Assembly (NCBI RefSeq): GCF_964355755.1
Contig: NC_092671.1
Coordinates: 33,180,304-33,244,303, forward strand
Source: Antedon mediterranea
Lineage: Eukaryota > Animalia > Echinodermata
DNA: 64,000 nucleotides
Direction of reading: 5' to 3'
Each line of letters opens with the position of its first letter. The stretch's first letter is position 1. A program made the translations under genes and the position numbers. The notes below the pieces were generated by a model, which worked only from the letters and a program-made list of their open reading frames with translations, was not told the DNA's origin and searched no databases. Positions 1-13,990 of the stretch are shown piece after piece.

Positions 1-308
1 AATAATCATAGAGAAAATATGCTGTCATCAGTGGCATTATTAGTTGATAAACAGGAGCTGTTTCATGATTTTCTTCACCTTGAGCTTAGATTCTGTTTTC
101 TGTGACCGATTTTGTTGCCACGTATGCTTAAAAACAAGTCTTTTGACACTAGTACCAAAATGCGCATGTTATTGATACTATCATCTTTCGACAGGTTTAC
201 AATAATCATAGAGAAAATATGCTGTCATCAGTGGCATTATTAGTTGATAAACAGGAGCTGTTTCATGATTTTCTTCACCTTGAGCTTAGATTCTGTTTTC
301 TGTGACCG
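1..308. repeat. Tandem duplication, period 200 bp (probably continues left of window)
   Basis: Bases 1-108 (AATAATCATAGAGAAAATATG...TGTGACCG) are repeated identically at 201-308. Confidence 0.9.
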
Positions 309-894
309 CATTCTTTTATGACTACAACTGTATATCTCTTAAATCCGTATTTTGATACGCGTTCTGATATAAATCAGAGACAAAATTACATTATGATATA
401 GTTGTTTTCAAACTTAAACTATTTCCCTGCGTTTCCTGTTTCTTCTTAATAACATTCAGCTGTGGAGTGATTAACAGTATTACACACCAGTTATAAAGCA
501 TGATTTCAATATCAATATAAAAAAGGTCAATATTGGATTAGGCCTAACTTTCATTTTTACGTAGCAGTTCATTTTTAAATGTTTTATACTGTGCCAGTGA
601 AATAGTATTACACTGTCAAATAGGCCTAGCAATTTTAGACGTCATCATGAAGTATGATTTGAGAACTACGTATTGGTAGGCCCAGGCGATTTGTTTGATT
701 TTCAAAAGCCTGAAGTTTTACGGAAATGTATAACTTTTACTTTCAAATTATACTTGGTGCAATGTCCCTGTTTTACTTTATACTTCCTCCTTAATATTAA
801 ACTTTCCCATTTCTTGTCTCTATTCTTAATCTAAAATAGTTTACACGTTGATCTAGTAGGTGTTAGGGCTATTCTAATATGAATTTCAATTTTT

Positions 895-2324
895 TAGCAG
901 AAGTTATGCTGATATTAAATGATCCATTCTATTTTGGATAGCAAAAGTTATGCTGATACCAATAATCCATTATATTATGGATAGCAGAAATTAGGCAGAT
1001 ATCAAATGATCCATTCTATTTTAGATAGCAAAAGTTATGATGATATTAAATGATCCATTCTTTTTTGGATAGCAGAAGTTAGGCTGATATCAAATAGTTC
1101 ATTCTATTTTGGATAGCAGAAGTTACGCTGATATCAAATAGTCCATTCTATTTTGGATAGCAGAAGTTATACTGATACCAATAGTCCATTATATAATAGA
1201 TAGCAGAAGTTATGCTGATATTACATGATCCATTCTATTTTGGATAGCAGACGTTATGCTGATATTAAATGATCCATTCTATTTTGGATAGAAAAAGTTA
1301 TGCTGATATTAAATTATCCATTCTATTTTGGATAGCAGAAGTTATGCTGATATCAAATGATCCATTCTATTATAGATAGAAGAAGTTATGCTAATATTAC
1401 ATGATCCATTCTATTTTGGATAGCAGAATTTATGCTGATATTAAATGATCCATTCTATTTTGGATAGCAAAAGTTATGCTGATACCAATAATCCATTATA
1501 TTATGGATAGCAGAAATTAGGCAGATATCAAATGATCCATTCTATTTTAGATAGCAAAAGTTATGATGATATTAAATGATCCATTCTTTTTTGGATAGCA
1601 GAAGTTAGGCTGATATCAAATAGTTCATTCTATTTTGGATAGCAGAAGTTACGCTGATATCAAATAGTCCATTCTATTTTGGATAGCAGAAGTTATGCTG
1701 ATACCAATAGTCCATTATATAATAGATAGCAGAAGTTATGCTGATATTACATGATCCATTCTATTTTGGATAGCAGACGTTATGCTGATATTAAATGATC
1801 CATTCTATTTTGGATAGAAAAAGTTATGCTGATATTAAATGATCCATTCTATTTTGGATAGCAGAAGTTATGCTGATATCAAATGATCCATTCTATTATA
1901 GATAGAAGAAGTTATGCTAATATTACATGATCCATTCTATTTTGGATAGCAGAATTTATGCTGATATTAAATGATCCATTCTATTTTGGATAGCAGAAGT
2001 TAGGCTGATATTAAATGATCCATTCTATTTTTGATAGCAGAAGTTAGGCTGATATTAAATGGTCCATTCTATTTTAGATAGGAGAAGTTAGGCTGATATT
2101 AAATGATCCATTCTATTTTAGATAGCAAAAGTTAGGCTGATATTAAATGGTCAATTCTATTTTGGATAGCAAAAGTTAGACTGATATTTAATGATCCATT
2201 CTATTTTGGATAGCAAAAGTTATGCTTATATTACATGAGCCATTCTATTTTGGATAGCAAAAGTTATGTTGATATCAAATGATTCATTCTATTTTAGATG
2301 GCAGAAGTTATGCTGATATCAAAT
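895..2324. repeat. 44-bp minisatellite (~32 units) with 526-bp higher-order repeat
   Basis: Unit GATAGCAGAAGTTATGCTGATATTAAATGATCCATTCTATTTTG; AAGTTATGCT at 901 and 945. Variant GATACCAATA units at 955/1481 and 1174/1700 (offset 526). Confidence 0.95.
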
Positions 2325-3218
2325 AATAACACCGTTATGTTGTTGCAAAAAAAAAACTACTTGGCAAAGCACGAATAAGCTAGGGTTAATTGGAGTTAAA
2401 GTAATCAATAATGACATTTTTCATCCCAAATAATTCCCACTTTAAACATCATCTTCTTGGTCTTACCTTTCTTGTAATGTTGTAAGAAATTAATTTTACT
2501 GATTTAAAATGATTACAATCGTTGACCACCTATGCAATGGTTCTTCTTGCTGTATGTCACAATTGGCAAATCGGCAAATTTAAAGGTTTTGAGAATGTCT
2601 TCTTATTGTTGACTATTAAAGATGATTAATTCCATTTTCTATTACAATAAATTAGTGTTACAGATTACCCAGCAATGGATAAGTTATTATTTAGGGTTTT
2701 AGTTTATGCTGATTACAAATATTTTCAAGATCGTACGCGAAATTCCATAATTAGATTTAAGTATTTATTTATGTTTCGTTTCATCTATTATGTTTGTCTG
2801 TTGTCGTTTTGACATAATATCATATCATATTGTTTTCTTTCCGTGTATGCTTTCAAAATGGTAAGAACATTCTCCCATGTGCACACTTACTGCATAATTC
2901 ACCACAAAAAATCCATAATTATTCGACTAGGTATGAATTCCTTGTTTCACAAATGTAACTCTGCGTTCAGTGAGCTGAAAACGTCTTCACAATGATGAAT
3001 TCTAATATCACTTACGGGGATTTTAATAAAATATCGTAAGAGAAAATATGACAGTAGCAGACGACCATTGGTTGGACTGTGTTATGTCGTAGATCAATGT
3101 ATGCCTTTAGCAAAAATCTGCCATACTGCTCGTTACACAGCTGCTATGGGCTCCACTTATGTCATAAACGAACTAAACCTCAATAACGAACGGAGTTAAA
3201 TTAATCTTAGAAGCAAAG

Positions 3219-3762
3219 TACGCAAGAAAACAAATCAGTAACTACTGTTTTCTATTTTGTCGTAATCCCTTTAAGTTACATTACGTATATTAATTTTTTA
3301 ATTAGTATTATTGGTAAATGTTCTGTTGACGTTTATATTCTGGTAATTATTTATTCATTCATTATTATTTTATTCATGCAAATATTTTGAAACAGCACAT
3401 TATGTTGAGTGTGCAGTAAGTGGCGGAATAGGTTAGAGAACCACTGCTCACACTCAAAACATACATAATGTGAATATAATATAAAATTATTACGCAAGAA
3501 AACAAATCAGTAACTACTGTTTTCTATTTTGTCTTAATCCCTTTAAGTTGCATTACGTATATTAATTTTTTAATTAGTATTATTGGTAAATGTTCTGTTG
3601 ACGTTTATATTCTGGTAATTATTTATTCATTCATTATTATTTTATTCATGCAAATATTTTGAAACAGCACATTATGTTGAGTGTGCAGTAAGTGGCGGAA
3701 TAGGTTAGAGAACCACTGCTCACACTCAAAACATACATAATGTGAATATAATATAAAATTAT
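3219..3762. repeat. 272-bp tandem duplication (2 copies)
   Basis: 3219-3490 matches 3491-3762; I see only two substitutions (GTCGTAATC/GTCTTAATC, GTTACATT/GTTGCATT). Confidence 0.95.
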
Positions 3763-6700
3763 CAATTAATTAATTAGAATGATAACTTGAAAGTGATTCA
3801 TTTATATTTTAAAAATCTTCTTATTATTTATCAGTTATCATTCCACAAACAAATCTGGTTGAGATACAGGTACTGTACACTATAAGTTTTGGAAGTTTTT
3901 GATGCAACATTATCTGAAAATAAAGCATCTAAATACCTACTGAGTTTACTGATCATCAATCTAAAATAAAACTATTAAAACAATTGTATTGTTTTCTTTC
4001 TCTTATTTCCATTTCAGAAGAAGAATAACATTTTTTTGGCTGATTATATATTATTTTTACGAATTTGTTGAATTGGTTATTATTTTTCCTTTCTCCACTT
4101 TTGGAGGATTGAATAACGAATAACATTATTGTATTGATGATTTACGATCAATGTTAATACAATTTTCACAAATTTAATAATAATTACCATCAATATACAC
4201 AAAGTGTTGTTATTTGTATTGTTCAGTAATCATACTATTTGATAAAGAAATAATATTATTAATGTAATTATGATTTGTTTACAATTTTCACAGTTAAATT
4301 CCATCGATTACACAAAGTATATGCTGTATGTATTGTTCAATGACCAAGAAAATATTTTTGATTTGGAAAATTATAAATTGTGTACTGAGCAAACCCATTT
4401 ATTGAAGTATAAAAAGTACAACAATTGTCATACACACATTTATTTCTTCGTTTCAAAGTGTTTATCCTGGGCTAAACACACAGTTGAGAACAATTAAAAA
4501 AAGCCTTTCACGTGACAAACATACATCATAATGAATACAATGTTGCTGTGACGTAGCCTATGACGTGGCGTAATAAAATAGAACTCTGACTGATACACAT
4601 CCTGATGGAGAAAATATCAATTGCAACAAGTAACCAGATAACTGCTGGAGCCGTGTTTCCTTGGCATCGTATACTTACATCGATAAACTAGTACCTTTCA
4701 ATTGGTTAGAACCCGGCAACCAGAGAGAGTTTGAGAGCAAACAACATCTTCCAGTTAAATGAACGAGTGTTCAACCTCTATTCAGGGACTATTAACGAGA
4801 CACTGTGTTAATCCCTAAGATGCCTCCTTAATAAGAATTGCACTGTATATTAATATATATTAACATTGCATGTGTACAGTGATATTGCTTTATGTTGTTC
4901 TGCTTCATGTGTATCAAACTGTCAAATTTTCTAACAATTCAAAATAATGACATCAGCTTTGAAAGTAAAGCTGTTAATTAATATACTTCTACTTGACATA
5001 TATGTGTATATACGAATTCTTGTTTTTTTTTTATCCACATTATAATTGAGTTTATAGATGGCCGTTTATAGTAAATGAAAGTTATTATAATGTCACACAA
5101 GAAATGGTTCACATTGCCATTATCAATGCCAATGTATCTATTTGTGGTTTTTTTTTTCAAGCGTCAATCGATTATATATACATTTTTTCATTTCATTCAA
5201 TTATTTCATTCAAAGTAACATTTATTTCTCTTTATAAAGTTAATAATAAACAAGAAATAATTCTTACTAAAAACGCTGCTCGACATTTTAAAATTAATCA
5301 TTGTTCTTTCTTCAGATATATTGATGATTATTAAAAAGATGTCCTTTAATCGCAAAAATACATACAAATAAAAGATAGTTCTTTAATTATGATTCACATG
5401 CCCATTATAAAATGGTCAATTTTGTGCTGTGTGACCTCAACCTGTTGGCATGCAACTGAATACCCTCTAGAGACAACGTGACTTCACGAAAATTCTTCCC
5501 AGTCTGCTGATTCGCGTCAACCAATCAAGGTGCGAGAATCCAAAATTGTTCAGACGTTTTTTGGGTCCAGCAGCTGGGATCTATACATTATAGTCGAGTT
5601 TACAAAGTCGCAAAACTGTCGGCCTTAGATACTATAACTGCTGTGTGCTTTAGCTTATGAATGAGTAGTCATCATTGGACGTAGCTGGCTAGAGCAGCAG
5701 CGTGAAAAGGTTAACAATAATTAGAATAAAGTAAGAGGGGCAAAATTTAAAAAAAAGCAAAGCTTGTATGAGGCTTGTATGAGGCAGCCCATAACCGACA
5801 AAAACTGTAATAAAGACTTTTACTTTCAGAGTACCGAAAAATGCAACATTTAAAAACTACATTAAGTGAAAGGATAGTTACACATAACTGAATAAATCAA
5901 TTTAAAAGAAAAACCCTTTTTTGATAAAGAACTTTTGATGGGATATCATCCATTAATAAAAACAGACTATAATACTTAGACTACATGATAATTCATTGCG
6001 ATTTGAGTGATGAAGGGAGTCACAATTTGAGAATAACTCTATGTTATAATGTCAAGACGTAATATTACAAGAGATTATACGCTGTTTATTGAATTAACTT
6101 ATTTACATAATATATGCATATTAATTTATAGAAATCACAAGAAAATATTTTTAAAAGCCTCAGGAAAGCATCATTTTTTTTGACATCGGCGCTTTTTCGA
6201 CTAAGGCGCTTATTCAATCATTTACAGATTTAGAACAATAATGAAATACAAAGTACAGTCTACGCATGCGCATATGATGGTCACGTCTGAAAATATGGTT
6301 AAATTCGAATGTATATTCAGGTATATAATTATGTTGTTGTAAATTAAACTGAAGATGAAAGTCTTATACTTAAGGTAAATTTAATGAACTGCATATTACT
6401 TTGTTAATTTTTAAATGTTGACGAAATAAACAAATTTGTGATTGATGCATTGCTGTCAACAGATTTACGAAACGTTAACGTAGAGTGAAATATCACGTTT
6501 TTACAGCAATACAATTTTTATCAATAGCAAACATTCGTTACGGGACGATTAAAGATGAATTCATTTTCTCTTGCTTTTGGTGTGTAGCCCTACACTGGAG
6601 CTGCTTTGTTACAGTCTATCATTTAAGTGATGGTACATTACTGTACCAAATCTTTAAAAATAAGGTTTCAGGTATGGTGTGTCAGTTACCTGTGATTTAG

Positions 6701-9700
6701 TTTTGACAGTATTAATCTGCTGTTTTGTCAATGTTGCAATTTATATGGGCAGTAAAAAGACAACAAGACTATACCTAAATAGATCCGAACCTTTTGTTTT
6801 TATTATTCGTTTGCGTTAGATACTGTGGTCTTAGAATCAATGCATTAAACACCAGACAACTAGACTACTAGATTCCTTTCCAGCCTTTTGTAAGATGACA
6901 ACAATTGTGTAGTTTGTAAATAATAACATTGAAATGTAGACACTCTTAATTCCATTGTATGACATAAAAGAAAATGGAAAAGATTGTGAAGTTTGTCCTT
7001 GTGAATCCGATAACTTGTAAATTTTCATTTATAAGAATGTTTGGTGTTACTATTATCGAAATCCGGAGTGGATGCATATACCACACTGCACTTAACCTAA
7101 ATGGTGATATTTGAAATCCTTCGGATTATAAAGTTGGGAAAGCTTGATACTTTTGAAATGAAAGGTTCATAGTCTCATGAAAGCTGCCGTGTATATACTT
7201 AAAAGTTGTCAACAGCTTGGATCTTATTAGTACATATTAGTTGTGAACCAGCTCATTTTAAGAATAACACAATTTCGTCACAGAGCCGACTTATCTCAAA
7301 TAGTATAATGTAAACCTCTGACATACATAGCAACTATAGACCAGAAGATTGAAAGATGGAGAAATGAATTGGTCTATTCATTTTACTGTACACATGATGT
7401 AGTAAGTATACCAATGCTATTATTTGTTTTTGCATTTCCTTTTTCAGAGTGAATCAAAATCTAAGTGGTAGAATTAATTCCAAAAGTAGAATTACAGTAT
7501 TTTCAGATTTTACAATTGAACGAGTATCTTTTTCTTAAATGTTATATTTCACTTTTTATGAGTTTTGTGTTATAGTGTTTGACATTTCATTGACTTTGTG
7601 AATTGTACTATAGGATATTTTGCTCGTAACGTAATTCTTATTGGAAATCTAAGCTTTTATTTTATCAGTTGTGTAATGCAATACATCACATTTATGGTTG
7701 TCGTGAACGGAATTACAATACCGGTACACTACTAGATAATATATCCACCCTATTATCGTGGATGAACCTTCTTGAGGAAATATGTGACTGTTAGTATTAC
7801 TATCAGCAATGTTCGTTTTATTATGCTTCCTGGCATTACATCATTAGTTCAATGTTCAGTCGTCATCTTTCACAAATTAACTGCATGTAACTTCAGAGAA
7901 CCAACTCAATCAACTAAGATCATTTTACGTACAATATTTGTAATTTGGTTATATTAAGTTGTTATGGGAAGCGGGATTTTAATAATAATATCCTGGATTG
8001 ATAAAAAGCATAATGTTGTGAAACCTCTAATCACTGTACATATTTTTACCCCGATCATTTTTGGAACAAACGTGTATGGAAACTTACTTCCATAATGCAG
8101 CTATGCAGTAATCCGCGCAACGCCATTTGTGGAGAGAGGAAAACGGTAGCCTGTCTTGCGACGAGCGTTGAATTCGAACCTATGATCTCACTGTGACACA
8201 AACCCTTTTCATATACAACGTTTCATATACTATTCCAAAATTTAGCATGATGAACAAATTGCGCAAAACATTCAGAACATGGCCTAGTACATGTTAAGTG
8301 AATTCAGTGAAATTACTTGGTTTTACATTTGGAAGATTACAGCGATTATCTTAATAATTAAAATCTCTAACGATCTTTATTATGATTTGAAATGAATTTC
8401 TTCTATTTTTAAGAAACAAACATAACTTCAGTTCATCAATCACCCATAAATTGCCTACATGGTAAATTTCGTCGTCATAAACATTGATCTAGTCAAGATA
8501 ATTTTGGTTGAGCTAGGAGGTAACTTATTACAGATTGTGGTCTGTCAGTCACTTCATAATTATTTTGATAGACCTACCCCCAGTACCCTTTCATTTTAGA
8601 CACCATACCACCAATTGTTTATAGTGTAAAGCCTGTTTTCCACTAGACCAAATTATTCGCGCTCTACTACCATTTCCACTACAAGAGCTATAACTGAGAT
8701 GTTCATATTTATCGCGTGTCTACTGAATTTTTCGATTTAATAAGTGCTCATGAACGATGTCATTTCTATATTTTTGTTATGTAAAAACATTATTTGACGA
8801 AAATAGAATTGTTAATATTTTAAAATAATTAACCACGTGTAGGCTACTAGCGCCATATTGTAAACAACAGTGTAGGAACAACGAGAGAAGAACATTGCTT
8901 AGCTTAGATCCAATTCTCATAAGAAATTAGTGCAACATCAGTAAATGTTATTTATCTTGTTTCCCCTTTCTCTTCCCATCCATATCACATGCGTCAGCTT
9001 TTTTATATTCATGTTTTATCACATCTGTTTTGGCAGTAATTCAAATAGGCCTATGTATGTGTATATATGTAATGTCATTATTTGACGAAATCAAGTAAAC
9101 AGATGAATATGATAAATATTGAAAAGTGTGTGTTGCCGAGGTTCTTAGATCAATCCACTCACTCAAATCAACTGGGGCTTGTAACATGATTTTCCCACTG
9201 CCTGCAACGAGAATGGTATAATCAATCATGAACGTTTTAGTCTAATGGGTAGAATGTCCATTCATATTTAATATTCGTTTTATAAAACACCTACTGTGAA
9301 CACTAGGCCATAGAAAAGATACGGCTCTCGGAATTTTGCCGCGGAGAAGAGTCATTATAAACGATGCGCACTTAAAATTGGTTTCGTGAGCCGTAAATTG
9401 TTGTTCGTGGTCAATTCGCTTACATTACGACTTACATCCTTACGTTGCGTCCAAATGAGGACCAAGCTTACAGGCTGGATTAAAAGCTGAAAAGTCGTTG
9501 CATAAAAATCTCATATTTTGAGATTAAAAAAAAACCAAAAAAAAACCTTCAATGTACCATTTGAACCTCAAATGTACCAACTGATCGTAAAGAAAATAAA
9601 TAAAATGAGTATTACAATAATAGTGTGTTTACTTGATAAATACATTTATTTAAAGAAAATAATTTAGCATCTAGTAGGGAATGAACCACTGTCTTGCTTT

Positions 9701-12164
9701 TTCCTGATATCTCGACTTTCAATGTGCTAAATGTAGGCCTATCACCCACGGATATGGATATGTGACACAGAAACATAAGCAGGCGGGATCCATTTTCAAT
9801 CTTATGGTTTATTCGGACTTCTACTTTTTTGGTGTCACGAACTATGGACGGCTTACTACACATCCTTTTGATTTAATACTTGATTATTTTTCTCGAATCT
9901 TCCTAAGCACGCGGCTTAATCGCTATACATAAAAAAGGACAAATTATTATTTGGTCGTGCATTTAAGTGGCGTTTCAATCCAGCAGTAATCAGATATATG
10001 TCGTATTTGCCAATCATATGTACAGGTAACAAAATCTGTATTTGAATGTTTTACAGCAAATAAGTTAGAGAGGAACTCAATATTTGTGATTTTTTTTTGA
10101 CAAATTATGCATTGACGTTTTTCGCAGATATTCTCGTCTAGACACTTGTTTTTGCTTGTTTTTTTTTTTTTTTAATTTACCTTTCCCATGTTTTATTCAC
10201 GTGACTTGGTTTGACAACGTTAATACCGCATGAGTTATGACAATTTAATTATTTAAACTACGGTACTATAAATAGTGTGTTGTTGAACTTCCTAATGCAG
10301 TTATTATATAACTTTGTTTCTTGATTAATACAGAACGCTGTATTTGTATAATTCACAAGTTTTTAAATCTTAAAAAAATAATGTCATTTAAAAATCACCA
10401 GCGTTCCTATAATAGTCTACATTCTGTATTGTGAATTTTACGTTAGGTTGTTTAAAATAGGGGTTGAGGAGGGGCGGCCGCGGCGTCAGTGTTGAATCAA
10501 GAGTGCAGAAATTATCCACAAGCAATAAATGTCACACTATATTCAGCCGCCAAATAAACATACCAAACGAAATTGCCACTGGAGATCCCTAAACCTGTCT
10601 ATTATAATTGTGCTACAGGTCAAGCCGGTATAGTTTTCTTGGTGTGAAAAAAAATGCATATTGCATATTACAGTTCCAAATCAAACCACTGGAGGTGTTA
10701 GATTCATATTCATGTGTTATGTCTATAGCACAACACGAGTACAAGTTAACATAGATTAAAGTTGATCCATCACCTACGGTGCGTTCCCATCACTACAGTA
10801 TTTTTAAAGAACATGATTCCTCCAAAAAGAGGATTATGTAAAAAAACAAAACATGAAAAACAACAAATTATAAGCAATTAGAGCAAAGCGCTGTCAATTT
10901 GATTTAACTGTAACATTATTTTGTTTTCTGTTACTCTGGTCAACTACCACCAAGTATGGAATGTGTATTGCTTAATATTCACTTCGCTTAATAAAGCTGA
11001 GATAAATTAGTAGGCCTATTTGTTTTATATATACGCTTTGATTTATCATAGGCATACGATTTGTTTAGTTTATCATGGTCTTCATTTAACATTTCAATTA
11101 TTAGATTTAATCAACTATTTTAGAATTAAGAATTACAATTATTGAATTTGTCTGTTAATTAATATTTCACAAAAAAGGAAGCGACATTACTCTTTCCATT
11201 GTCTTGAAATAAAATATTTGTTCAGGCTCTTGGTATTTCACGATCCTTCTAGAACAATGAAAACCTTAACTAAAAATAACACATACTTGTGTACCCTTTA
11301 TCGAGGGTACATAATGTATCTCGGAGATGTATCACAGGCTACCAAATAATTTCTACTTACAGTATTACGATTTGGATACACCGTTCAGGGAGAGGGCATT
11401 TATAGCTTAGACCAAATGCAATACGTCTTGTACATTAAATTATATCCATATTAAATAATTTATCTTGTAAATTGCATTTAGAAAACTAATTCTTTTCACA
11501 CACACAGCCTAGATAAACATGTTTTTAAATCAATGGAATCAAGTACCATTATATGTCAATAACCAGAAGAAGTACTACCTACGTAAAAAAAAAATTAATT
11601 GTTGTTCAGATAGTCTGCTCGGTTGAGAGTATGGATTGACCGGGACAGGTTCATCAGTTTTATAGTTCCTCCATCTTTTATTAGAAAACTTAAATTAGCG
11701 ATCTTTGTGATTTGCATATTCAAAGGAACGTTAACAATTAGCAATGCATTGGTGTCCCGATTGGTGTTTTATATGGTTTTAGATAATTATAATAGTTATG
11801 ATTTGTTCAGTCCACAGTTTAAGGATTTCGTCATAACTTTGAATCCGAGACATCACACATAATAATGGTAAAGTAAAACTTAAACTAAAACATCAAACAT
11901 GTCACAACGTTAGTTTTTATGCTGAATGTAGGATTTTTGGATTAGGTGGTATTTTATATATGATTCAAATTTAAATTGATTTTTACTATTTGAAATACAT
12001 TAAAATGTTATTTGATTTGATGCTTGATCGTGATTTTTACGACTTTTTTGAAGATGTTAGAGTTACAAAAATATATTACTGATTAACTAATGCTAATCAT
12101 CTTATGACTGATTGATTGATTGAATACTCGTAGACTCAGATGTTACAAAATCTCTTGACGCTCG

Positions 12165-12260
12165 CTAGTACACCTTCTCGTCTCGAAAGATGTAGGGCCT
12201 ACTAGGTTCTTATCCGAGAGGACTAGTTCTACCCCAGAAATGAGCAGCCTCAAACCCTTG
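12165..12260 (-). mobile_element. Internally deleted Nin/Deu-domain SINE fragment
   Basis: TAGTACACC..CGTCTCGAAAGATGTA and CTTATCCGAGAGGACTAGTTCTACC..CCTCAAACCCTTG align with the SINE copies at ~31.6 kb and ~52.0 kb. Confidence 0.7.
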
Positions 12261-12328
12261 TTATAAATGAAATGATTACGGTTACACTGTCTCGGCACAA
12301 ATTAGAAAAAAATTATAACATGAACTTA

Positions 12329-12465
12329 AGCCTTGTCTACATTTTCAACCTTTATGTGACCAATGTGATGTTCCCACTATGGACACGATGACGTCATATC
12401 TCTATCATATTTTGGCACGTCACACCTCTTTGTCAATTAGTTTGATAGTGTAGACAGCAAGAGCT
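12329..12465. mobile_element. PIF/Harbinger-like MITE (degenerate), same family as 41692
   Basis: Imperfect TIRs AGCCTTGTCTACATTTTCAA ... TTTGATAGTGTAGACAGCAAGAGCT, flanked by TTA/TAA; the right end matches the TIR at 41738-41760. Confidence 0.7.
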
Positions 12466-13606
12466 TAAGAAGAGTCGCACTGAGTTTTAACCCATAAAGG
12501 TATACCGTGCTGTAAATGTGCTATTTATCAGTAAGAAGTAATGCATTTATAACGTGATGACGTTCGTACAGAACATTAGGTTGCATGGGTTAAATGAATG
12601 TTCCATGGGAAATGGTCTTCTTTACGACCAGTTTAATAACAGCTATTCGTTAGGGAATTGGGTAGCTGCTACTACAATTTACTACAAGGTGAATATTCAG
12701 CAAGGTGGCTGACCTGGTGGGGTAAGGGTAGACTTTACGACTGTGATATAATAAAATTGAAATTATATACCGAGGTATGTAACGATATTGTAATGTAATA
12801 TCATCATATACGTATCTTACAAAAAATAAATATAAACACACATAAAAAGGGCAAATACAGTTTAGGCCTATACCCTTTTACAAAAAGTAATAATAAATAA
12901 TAATAATAATAATAATAACACTAATAATAAACAATAATAACAATAACGTATAAAATTAAGATAAACTTTACTGACTCATTACTACAAGACGATGCACTCT
13001 CGTCTCAGGATAGCATTCCACCTGGAGAGCATCTTTTACTTATAAAGACATTGTCTATTATCGTTGAGACTAAAACATTTTCACTTGAATTAAGTACCGT
13101 ATGCAATTCTAAAGTTCTATAGCATAATACGAAATTTTGGTAAAGCCATTATTATCTTGTAATGTAGGCCTTATAATAGTAATCAACAGGAGGAAAATGT
13201 ATTAAATTGTATTATACTATACACAAGTGATCATCATTAAAATAACAACATTATGAGTATTCCATGTCAAGATTGTATATGTATATTAAAACATCAAATC
13301 AAATAACGTAGATCTATTTAAACAACTCACCATTTTATAGTTTTTTTTTTATTGTTCAATATGGACTGAATTCGAGGGTATCTGTATAATGATTCATCTG
13401 TAATGTGGTTTTTTGAATTGCTACCTTTTTATGTCTGCTTCTTTAATCGAAAATACCAGAGATTATATTTGGTCTAAAATCTGTTAAAAAGGGCTTATAT
13501 GGAGAAAACCTTTATGTTTATTTCGAAAATAAAAATATATAAATAAAAATCTGTATACATATGTGGCCAATGATTAACAATAGTAAATTAATCACTATGT
13601 TAACAT

Positions 13607-13990
13607 ATAGGTGGTCATCCCTCAGATACAGGGGCTATGTGAACCACTACTCGTATGGGTGGTCATCCCTCAGATACAGGGGCTATGTGAACCACTACTC
13701 GTATAGGTGGTCATCCCTCAGATACAGGGGCTATGTGAACCACTACTCGTATGGGTGGTCATCCCTCAGATACAGGGGCTATGTGAACCACTACTCGTAT
13801 GGGTGGTCATCCCTCAGATACAGGGGCTATGTGAACCACTACTCGTATGGGTGGTCATCCCTCAGATACAGGGGCTATGTGAACCACTACTCGTATGGGT
13901 GGTCATCCCTCAGATACAGGGGCTATGTGAACCACTACTCGTATGGGTGGTCATCCCTCAGATACAGGGGCTATGTGAACCACTACTCGT
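13607..13990. repeat. 48-bp minisatellite (8 near-identical units) inside a SINE remnant
   Basis: Unit GGTGGTCATCCCTCAGATACAGGGGCTATGTGAACCACTACTCGTATG x8. The left flank CAATAGTAAATTAATCACT and the unit match the SINE at 31490-31600. Confidence 0.95.

Noticed and set aside
9110-9185. IEKCVLPRFLDQSTHSNQLG, reminiscent of an RT EK..NQFGF segment
   Set aside because: Too short and degenerate to support a LINE call.
12487-12593. TTAA-CCCAT...ATGGG-TTAA, piggyBac-like mini element
   Set aside because: Only 5 bp of TIR beyond TTAA; could be chance.
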